Below are positions 9,248 through 17,800 of a DNA stretch of 35,177 bases, piece by piece. A program made the position numbers and the translations under genes. The notes under the pieces are model-generated. The model was not told where the DNA came from. It saw only the letters and a program-made list of their open reading frames with translations, and made no database searches. Numbering within the stretch: the first letter of the stretch is position 1; every line of letters begins with the position of its first letter. Where the stretch lies: positions 1 through 35,177 of IMG/VR virus record IMGVR_UViG_3300030207_003146; one strand, written 5' to 3'. This stretch comes from a virus (Duplodnaviria; Caudoviricetes).

Positions 9248-10468
9248 TCAGAAGAAGTGAAACAAGAAGGTGACTTTAAATTAAAGTCTAAACCTAAGCG
9301 TAAAGCTAAAAATTTAGGTAAATCTAAAGATGAACCAGTAAAAGTAGATTTTACAAAACCTGAAGCACAAGGAGAAGTAATTCCAGAAGTTGCTAAAATG
9401 GATTTAACAAAAAAACCCGAAAAAGATGCCATTCCAGAGCCAGAAACAACAGGATTATCTGAGGATAAACGAACCGGAGATATACAAAAAGTGGATGAAG
9501 GAGTACGGTCCGTTCAAGAGGTTGAAGTCAAAACAACCGAGACAGATACAGATACTCCGATCACAGAAATTATAGAAGAAATAACTGAAGATACTCCAGC
9601 AGACAACATAGTAGCTGATGAAGTATCTACACCAAAACGTCCTGAATTACCAGAAAATATAGAAAAACTAGTAAATTTTATGGAGGAAACTGGTGGAACA
9701 GTAGAAGATTATGTTCATTTAAATAAAGATTATTCATCTTTAGATAATGATCAATTATTACGTGAACATTTAAAACAAACTAAACCTCATCTTGATTCAG
9801 AAGATATAAGTCTAATTTTAGAAGACTTTGAATATGAAGAAGACATAGATGAACCAAAAGAAATACGTAGAAAAAAACTAGCTTATAAAGAAGCTGTTGC
9901 AAAAGCTAAACAGGATTTAGAAAATAAAAAATCTAAATATTTTGCGGAAATTAAAAACCGTCCTGGAGTAACTCAAGAACAGTTAAAAGCTACAGAATTT
10001 TTCAACCGTTATAATAAACAGCAAGAAACTATAAAGCAATCACAGGAAATTTTCCAAAAACGTACCAACGACTTGTTTACATCAGAATTCAAAGGTTTTG
10101 ATTATTCAGTGGGTGATAAAAAGTTTAGGTATAAGGTAAAAGATCCAGTGAAAATAGCTGAAAGTCAATCTAATATTGAAAATTTTGTTAAAAAATATTT
10201 AGACAAAAGCGGAAATATTAGTGACGCTGCAGGTTATCATAAAGCTTTATATGCTGCGATGAATGCTGATAAACTAGCCTCTCATTTTTATGAGCAAGGT
10301 AAAGCCGATGGCGTAAAAGAAATCGTAAAAAAATCTAAAAATCCAGCAAGTGATTCACCTAGGCAGGTTGCCAGCGGAGAAGTCTATGTGGGAGGACTAC
10401 AGGTAAAAGCGATTAGTGGAGCAGATTCATCAAAATTGAAAATCAAAAAGAGAACATTTAACAATTAA
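9245..10468 (+). CDS. Capsid scaffolding protein
   Basis: Very acidic disordered N-half, helical C-half and basic C-terminal tail (KLKIKKRTFNN), located between portal and major capsid genes. Confidence 0.7.
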   Translation: MSEEVKQEGDFKLKSKPKRKAKNLGKSKDEPVKVDFTKPEAQGEVIPEVAKMDLTKKPEKDAIPEPETTGLSEDKRTGDIQKVDEGVRSVQEVEVKTTETDTDTPITEIIEEITEDTPADNIVADEVSTPKRPELPENIEKLVNFMEETGGTVEDYVHLNKDYSSLDNDQLLREHLKQTKPHLDSEDISLILEDFEYEEDIDEPKEIRRKKLAYKEAVAKAKQDLENKKSKYFAEIKNRPGVTQEQLKATEFFNRYNKQQETIKQSQEIFQKRTNDLFTSEFKGFDYSVGDKKFRYKVKDPVKIAESQSNIENFVKKYLDKSGNISDAAGYHKALYAAMNADKLASHFYEQGKADGVKEIVKKSKNPASDSPRQVASGEVYVGGLQVKAISGADSSKLKIKKRTFNN

Positions 10469-10479
10469 AATTTAGAAAA

Positions 10480-11931
10480 ATGGCTTTAAACCCACAATTT
10501 GGTACTATTGTACCAAGTCAAGTACAAGAAGTTCTAAATTCTAACTATCTACAGTGGACAGACGCTGGAGCTGCTAACTTTGCGGATTTTGCACAGCAGT
10601 ATTTACCAGAAATCTACGAAGCTGAAGTTGAAAGATATGGTAACAGAACCTTATCTGGATTCTTAAGAATGGTTGGTGCTGAACTTCCTATGACAAGTGA
10701 CCAAGTAATCTGGTCTGAACAAAATAGATTACATATTGCTTATGACGATTGTACGCAAACAGGTGCTGGTAATACAATTAATGTAAACCCAGGTGCTGCT
10801 GCAGACATTGCTAACGTTGTGTCTCCAAGATCTACTATTGTAGTAATGGATGACTTTGGTAACGAAGTAAAATGTCTAGTAACAGCTTCAAACACTGCTA
10901 CATTTGTTTTAACTGTTGAACCTTATACTGCTGCAACTTTAGCTGCTGCTGGTATTGTTGGAAATGTAAAAGTTTTCGTTTATGGTTCAGAATATGGAAA
11001 AGGATCCATTACTCCTAATGCTCCAGGTGCTCCTGGTGCTGTAACAGGAACTCAATACATTAGTGTTGATCCTTCTTTTACTCAATTCTCTAATAACCCT
11101 ATCATAATCAGAAACAAGTATGTTGTTAATGGTTCAGATATGGCTCAAATTGGTTGGGTAGAAGTTGCTACAGAAGATGGAACTGGTGGATACCTTTGGT
11201 ACTTAAAAGCTGAGTCTGAAACTAGACTTAGATTTGAGGACTACTTAGAAATGATGTGTGTAGAAGGTGAGCTAGCTGCTCCAGGTTCTGCAGTTGCTGC
11301 AGCTGGAACAGGTATCGGTACTCAAGGTTTATTTGCTTCTATTGAAGATAGAGGTAATGTACAAGTTGGGTTCGCTCCTGCTACAGGTATCGCTGATTTT
11401 GATGACATCCTTAGAAACTTAGATACTCAGGGTGCTATTGAAGAAAACATGTTATTCTTAGACAGAGCTACTGCTTTAGGTTTTGACGATATGCTTGCTA
11501 GCATTTCTTCAGGAGCTGCAGGTGGTACTGCTTTTGGATTATTTGAAAACTCAGCAGAAATGGCTTTAAACTTAGGTTTTAGCGGTTTCAGAAGAGGTTC
11601 ATATGACTTCTATAAAACAGATTGGAAATACTTAAACGATGCTTCGACTCGTGGTGGTATGACTGGTCCTGCTTCTATTGAAGGAGTATTAATTCCAGCT
11701 GGTACTACAACTGTTTATGATCAAATTTTAGGAACTAACATCCGTAGACCTTTCTTACACGTAAGATATAGAGCGTCTCAAGGTGATGATAGAAGAATGA
11801 AATCTTGGTTAACAGGTTCTGCTGGTGGCGCGTTTACTAGTGATCTTGATGCAATGGAAGTTAACTTCCTTTCAGAAAGATGTTTAGTAACACAAGCTGC
11901 TAACAACTTTGTATTATTCAAAGGAGTGTAA
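10480..11931 (+). CDS. Major capsid protein
   Basis: 483 aa after the scaffold gene, Ala/Gly-rich, with a visible shift to high-expression codons (TTC, AAC, TAC, ATC) and followed by a strong hairpin. Confidence 0.85.
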   Translation: MALNPQFGTIVPSQVQEVLNSNYLQWTDAGAANFADFAQQYLPEIYEAEVERYGNRTLSGFLRMVGAELPMTSDQVIWSEQNRLHIAYDDCTQTGAGNTINVNPGAAADIANVVSPRSTIVVMDDFGNEVKCLVTASNTATFVLTVEPYTAATLAAAGIVGNVKVFVYGSEYGKGSITPNAPGAPGAVTGTQYISVDPSFTQFSNNPIIIRNKYVVNGSDMAQIGWVEVATEDGTGGYLWYLKAESETRLRFEDYLEMMCVEGELAAPGSAVAAAGTGIGTQGLFASIEDRGNVQVGFAPATGIADFDDILRNLDTQGAIEENMLFLDRATALGFDDMLASISSGAAGGTAFGLFENSAEMALNLGFSGFRRGSYDFYKTDWKYLNDASTRGGMTGPASIEGVLIPAGTTTVYDQILGTNIRRPFLHVRYRASQGDDRRMKSWLTGSAGGAFTSDLDAMEVNFLSERCLVTQAANNFVLFKGV

Positions 11932-11939
11932 CTATATAT

Positions 11940-11971
11940 AAGGTTAGGGCGCTTCGGCGCCCATATACCTT
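11940..11971 (+). terminator. GC-rich UUCG hairpin after the major capsid gene (weak terminator or mRNA stabiliser)
   Basis: GGGCGC-TTCG-GCGCCC at 11947-11962, with outer AAGGT/ACCTT pairing. There is no immediate U-tract. Confidence 0.7.
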
Positions 11972-11976
11972 TAACT

Positions 11977-11998
11977 TATTTAATTATATTATATTATG
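11977..11998 (+). promoter_or_regulatory. Repeated 22-nt leader, copy 2
   Basis: Identical to 9226..9247. Confidence 0.6.
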
Positions 11999-12841
11999 GC
12001 AAAAAACAAAAAACAAGAAGTGGTTGTTGAAGAAACTCCACAAGTAGAAGTTGCGGCTCCGGCTCCAACTCCTGTAAAAGTAAAACCAGTAGTGGTTAAA
12101 AAACCAGACTGGGAAATAAAAAATAGAACTTATATACTTAATGGTAATAAAGAACCATTAACATTTACTATTCCAAGTAAACATACTAGAAGACATCCTC
12201 TTTTATGGTTTGATCAAGAAAGAAAAGAACAAAGAGAATTAAGATATGCTACTAATATGAATTCACCATTTGTAGATGAACAAAAAGGTGAAGCTACATT
12301 AGGACATATTACTTTTAGAGATGGTACATTACATGTTCCTAAAGAAAATGTTTCCTTACAGAAATTACTTTCTTTATATCACCCAATGAGAGACAAAAGA
12401 TATAAAGAGCATGTACCAGCACAAATAGCTGAAAATCAATTAGAAATGATTGAATGGGAAATTGAAGCTTTAAATGCTGCTAGAAACATGGATATTGATA
12501 TAGCTGAAGCAATTGTAAGAGTAGAATACGGATCTAAAGTAAATAAAATGTCTTCTAAAGAATTAAGAAGAGATTTATTATTACTTGCTAAAAAGAATCC
12601 TAGATTATTCTTATCATTAGCTGCTGATGAAAATGTACAATTAAGAAACTTTGCAATTAATGCGGTAGAAAATAATTTAATTTATATATCGCAAGATCAA
12701 AGATCGGTACATTGGGGTAGCAATGACAGAAAGTTAATGACAATTCCTTTTGAAGAAAATCCATATTCCGCAATAGCGTCATGGTTTAAAACAGATGAAG
12801 GTGTTGAAGTATTTAGGTCTATAGAAAAGAGACTAAAATAA
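11996..12841 (+). CDS. Hypothetical protein downstream of the major capsid gene (head assembly/structural)
   Basis: 281-aa ORF with a P/V/K-rich N-terminal linker, flanked by two hairpins. Function is inferred from position. Confidence 0.6.
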   Translation: MAKNKKQEVVVEETPQVEVAAPAPTPVKVKPVVVKKPDWEIKNRTYILNGNKEPLTFTIPSKHTRRHPLLWFDQERKEQRELRYATNMNSPFVDEQKGEATLGHITFRDGTLHVPKENVSLQKLLSLYHPMRDKRYKEHVPAQIAENQLEMIEWEIEALNAARNMDIDIAEAIVRVEYGSKVNKMSSKELRRDLLLLAKKNPRLFLSLAADENVQLRNFAINAVENNLIYISQDQRSVHWGSNDRKLMTIPFEENPYSAIASWFKTDEGVEVFRSIEKRLK

Positions 12842-12846
12842 ATAAT

Positions 12847-12871
12847 AAGGCGGGTTCGCCCGCCTTTTATT
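12847..12871 (+). terminator. Rho-independent terminator
   Basis: AAGGCGGG-TTCG-CCCGCCTT followed by TTATT, just after the stop at 12841. Confidence 0.85.
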
Positions 12872-12885
12872 AAAATATAAATATA

Positions 12886-13623
12886 ATGGTAAACGTAGAT
12901 ACAGTATATCAAACAGTATTATTAATCCTTAATCAACAACAAAGAGGATATATGACGCCTGATGAGTTTAACAAAGCTGCAACTCAGGTACAGCTTACTA
13001 TATTTGAAGCTTACGCAAGTGATCTTAATCAACAATACCGTTTACCAAGTAATGATACTGAATATGCAGATAGAGTTAAAAATCTTGAACAAAAACTTCA
13101 ACATTTTCAAAGAACCACTGCAATTCCTTATGATGCAATAGCTAATAATTTTCCTTTATTAGACAATGCTATAATAGATAATCCTGTTGTAGTAGGTACT
13201 GCTGATGTATTATATAGATTAGGTTCAGTATTTTATAGAGACTATGATCTCGGTCAGTACACACAAAGAAATGAGTTAAGACAATTGATTCTTTCCCCTT
13301 TAACTCAACCCACAGAAAAATTTCCTATATATTTATATGAGAATGATGTATTAGAGTTGTATCCTACAAGTATACAATCTGGTATAAGTATTTCATATTT
13401 AGCTAAACCTAACAATGTATTATGGGATTTTACTACAGATCCAGTTAACGGAGCATATATATATTCTGCTGGAACTTCTATACAATTTGGTTTAGATGTT
13501 ACTGAACAAGACGAAATTATATTAAGAATACTAGCTTATGCTGGTGTTATTATACAAGATCCTTCAATAGTGCAAATAGCTACGCAAGCGGTTAGTGCAC
13601 AAGATGCAAATGAAAAACAATAA
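12886..13623 (+). CDS. Head-tail adaptor / tail ring protein
   Basis: N-terminal VYQTVLLILNQQQRGYMTPDEFN helix pattern and a position at the start of the tail module. Confidence 0.6.
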   Translation: MVNVDTVYQTVLLILNQQQRGYMTPDEFNKAATQVQLTIFEAYASDLNQQYRLPSNDTEYADRVKNLEQKLQHFQRTTAIPYDAIANNFPLLDNAIIDNPVVVGTADVLYRLGSVFYRDYDLGQYTQRNELRQLILSPLTQPTEKFPIYLYENDVLELYPTSIQSGISISYLAKPNNVLWDFTTDPVNGAYIYSAGTSIQFGLDVTEQDEIILRILAYAGVIIQDPSIVQIATQAVSAQDANEKQ

Positions 13624-13626
13624 GAT

Positions 13627-14895
13627 ATGCCAACACCAAATGGAGGTTTGATAACCGAAACTAACAGTCAATATTACGCAGGAGCACAAGGTTTTACTAC
13701 TACAGCTCCGCAGGATGTATTTACATTTACATTTAATACTCCATTAGTTTTAGGTTCTCCTGATCCAAATGCTGTAGATTATGCATTAAATAATTTTAAA
13801 TTATATGCTAGTTCAGATGGTTTAACTTATACTGAAGTTACTGCAGCTAATTGGGCAGCTGAATATCCATATACTTTAAATGTATTACCTAATGGTGATA
13901 GTCAAATAACTTTAAATAATCCTTTACCAGCTAATCATATTTTAGTAGCTCAATTAAAAACTATTGATGGTGGTAACTTTGGTAATAGAGATGCTTATGG
14001 AGTTACTACAGAACAAAATTATGGTAACTATTCTTATGTTACATTAGAAGATATAGTAAATAACTTTATTGTAGGATTTGTAGGAAAAGATAAATTAATA
14101 CCAGATGTAAGAAGAAGTGACATAATATTTCATGCTAAAAGAGGATTACAAGAATTTAGTTATGATACTTTAAAATCAGTTAAATCTCAAGAGCTAACTG
14201 TTCCTCATACATTAAGTGTAATTCTTCCTCAAGATTATGTTAACTATGTTAGAATTTCTCGTATAGATTCACTAGGGGTTCAAAGAATAATATATCCTTC
14301 TAATAATTTAACAGATTCTCCATATGAATTACCTATACAAGATAACATGGGTGTTCCTACTCAAGATAATTTTGAAGATAATTTAGAAGGAACATCAATA
14401 ACAGAAGACAGATGGAAACGAGCTAACACTAATTTAATCAGTCAAAACTACGATTTTGCTTTATATAATGAAGGCATGGACTGGTGGGGTTATAATTGGG
14501 GTTATGGAGGATACTGGTATTGGGGTTGGGGTGAACAATACGGTATGTCACCACAATATGCACAATACAACGGTTGGTTTAATATGAATGAAAGAGAAGG
14601 TAAAATAGCTTTTTCTAGTAATTTAATAGGTTCTCTAATCATCTTAGAGTACATTTCTGATGGACTTGCTTATGATTTAGATAGTAGAGTACCTAAACTT
14701 GCAGAAGATGCTTTATACGCATATATTTCTCATGCAATAATAGCGAGTAGAATTAACCAACCTGAATACATAGTACAAAGATTAAGACAAGAAAAGAGCG
14801 CTAAACTAAGAAATGCTAAAATTAGATTATCTAACATTAAACTTGACGAAATAGTACAAGTAATGAGAGGTAAAGCTAAATGGATAAAACGATAA
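13627..14895 (+). CDS. Tail ring/structural protein with an N-terminal beta-rich domain
   Basis: Motifs IIFHAKRGLQEFSYD, LPQDYVNYVRIS and ILEYISDGL. Located between the adaptor and stabilisation genes. Confidence 0.6.
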   Translation: MPTPNGGLITETNSQYYAGAQGFTTTAPQDVFTFTFNTPLVLGSPDPNAVDYALNNFKLYASSDGLTYTEVTAANWAAEYPYTLNVLPNGDSQITLNNPLPANHILVAQLKTIDGGNFGNRDAYGVTTEQNYGNYSYVTLEDIVNNFIVGFVGKDKLIPDVRRSDIIFHAKRGLQEFSYDTLKSVKSQELTVPHTLSVILPQDYVNYVRISRIDSLGVQRIIYPSNNLTDSPYELPIQDNMGVPTQDNFEDNLEGTSITEDRWKRANTNLISQNYDFALYNEGMDWWGYNWGYGGYWYWGWGEQYGMSPQYAQYNGWFNMNEREGKIAFSSNLIGSLIILEYISDGLAYDLDSRVPKLAEDALYAYISHAIIASRINQPEYIVQRLRQEKSAKLRNAKIRLSNIKLDEIVQVMRGKAKWIKR

Positions 14896-14898
14896 ACA

Positions 14899-17800
14899 AT
14901 GCCACAAATTATTAATACCTTTCTAAAATCCAAGATGAATAAAGACTTGGATGCTAGAATATTACCAAATGGCGAATACAGAGATGCTCAAAATTTACAA
15001 ATAAGTAGATCACAAGGTGCTGAAGTAGGAGAATTTGAGAACGTTTTAGGAAATACTGAATTAAAATATCTTTATACAGGTAGAGCAGGGTCAATTTATT
15101 ATGGTAAAATAATCGGTCAATTTACTGATCCACCTAATTCTAATATTTATATATTTAGCGCAGGATATTCTGGAGATGGAAGATGCCCGAGAGATTTAAA
15201 AGTTTATGCAGATCCAGCAGGGGTTACAGCTGCTACTACAATTGAATTATTTGATGCAGCTGGTAATGTTATAAACCCTTTAGTTGCAGGCGTGCAAGTT
15301 GGTATGTTATTATGGGGTGATAATTGGAATAGTCAACCATCAGGAGCTGGTGGTCAAGAAGTGGATCCTATTGTAACTAATGTTACAAGTAGTGATATAA
15401 CTATTAGTCAACCAGTAACTTTTGCAGTAGTAGGACCTCCTGGAAATATAATAAATATAGGTTTTACTAATACTATACATAGATATAATGTAGATAATGA
15501 TACTCTTACATTATTAGTACGTGGTTCATTTTTAAATTTTCATCAAGATTATAGAATGTATGCTACTAATATGATAGAGGATTTATTATTTTGGACAGAT
15601 AATAGAAATCAACCTAGAAGAATTAATGTAAATTTAGCAAATCCTTTAGATTTAATTAGTCCTATACATTATATTAATGAAGATCAAATTTCAGTAGCTC
15701 AATATTATCCTTATAATACTCCTTTAGTATTACATCAAGTTATACAACAATGTACAGCTGGTGTTCAAGCTGGTGCTCCTGCTAAAGGATATGATTTAAC
15801 TATTACTGATATTACTGGTATTCAAATAGGAGATATTGTTACAGGTTTTCCTAATCAAGGACCACAAGAGCTTTGGAATGTAATAAATATAGTTCCAGGT
15901 ATTGCTCCAGCTGGTACTGTAACTATATATAATAATTTTAGAGATGGTAGTGCTGGTCAAGTTCCAGGTACATATGCGGGTGGAAATGTAGATATTACGT
16001 TTAGTAATACTACTATGAAAAATGAATTTGAAAGAAAACTAAATAGAGGTTTTGATTGTACTATAGCTGCAGCAGCAACATATGCTCCTTACACAGATGT
16101 TACATTTAGTTATAACTATGACAATCAACCTAATGAACCTAGCGCTCAACCAACTCCAAGAGTAGGTGATTATATAACTAGTGAAGAAGCAGAAATAACT
16201 GGTAGTGGAACTGGTAGAATTACAGTAGCTGATGAAGTTGTTATACAACAAATAACTAGTATAACTCCTGGAACAAGTGTAGTTTTACAATTAACAAAAT
16301 CAATTGACACTTTAGTTGGTGGGGCAGATATGACAGTATCAGCAAATCCTAATTATAATGTTGATTTTACAGGTGATCCAGATTTAATTGAAAAGAAATT
16401 TATTAGATTTAGTTATAGATTTAAATATGAAAACAATGAATATTCTTTAGCTGCTCCTTATACTCAATTATGTTTTATTCCTAAACATGATGGATACTTT
16501 GGTGGTGGAAAAAACGATTCATTACAAGACCAAGTAAATTCATATGATTCATCTATTGTTGAATGGTTTACTAACAAAATAGATACAGTATCTTTAAAAA
16601 TACCATTACCTCAAGACAACAATGCTACCGCTGCTGATGCTATAGATAGTTTGATTAACAACTATAAAGTAAAAGAAATTGAAATATTATATAAAGAATC
16701 TGATGCTTTATCTACTAAAATATTAGAAAACATACAAATAGATAATACCTCATCAACTTTTGTAGAAACAATCCCGGCTGGAATTGTTACTATAAATCAA
16801 TGGTATTATAATTTTGATTATAAATCTATAAAACCTTATAGAACTTTTCCTACTAGTGAACAAAATAGAGTTTATGATAATGTTCCTTTAAAAGCATTAG
16901 GTCAAGAAATAACTGGTAATAGAGTAATATATGGTAATTTTTTACAAAAACATACTCCTCCTAATAGTTTAGATTACGAGGTAATTAATGGTAATAAAGA
17001 TTTAGACTATGACAACTATGCTCAATACCCTAATCATTCTGTAAAACAAAATAGAAATTATCAAGTAGGTTGGGTTTTATCAGATAGATATGGTAGAGCG
17101 TCTAGCGTAGTGTTATCAAGTAATGATGATAATCCACTTGTTAATGGTTCTACTATATATATTCCTTATAAAAGTTGGACTGATGTAGATGATCCTATAA
17201 ACGATGTAACTACTTATAAATGGTTAGGTAATGCATTAAGAGTAAAATTAAACAATGGTATAACTCAAAGAACTAACAATACTATTACAGGTGAACCTGG
17301 ATTATATAAATCTGAAAGTGATACAAGTTGTGATGAAGTAATAATACTAGGTGGTGGTAATGGTCACGCGGTAGGAGATATATTAGGATTTGGTTATCCT
17401 CCAGGAAATTTTGCATTAGGTAGTGGATTAACAGTAGAAGTAGTAAGTGAAACTGCTGGTGTAATAACTGGAGTACAAATTATTAATAGAGGAACTGGTT
17501 ATTCTAATGGTCAAATATTGTTTCAAACATCTACCACAGGAGTTGGGGTTTCAGCTGTAGTTGAAACAGTGGTGTATCCTGCGAATCCTACTGGTTGGCA
17601 ATCATATAAATTAGTTGTTAAACAACAAGAACAAGAATATTATAATATATATTTACCTGGATATGTTAATGGTTATCCTGTAAGAGAAGCTGTTGATAGA
17701 GGTAGAGTAGCTTTTGCAGTATTATTAGGTGATAATATAAATAAAGTACCAAGAGATTTAAATGAAGTTGGACCATTACAAACAGAGTTTTCTGCATCAG

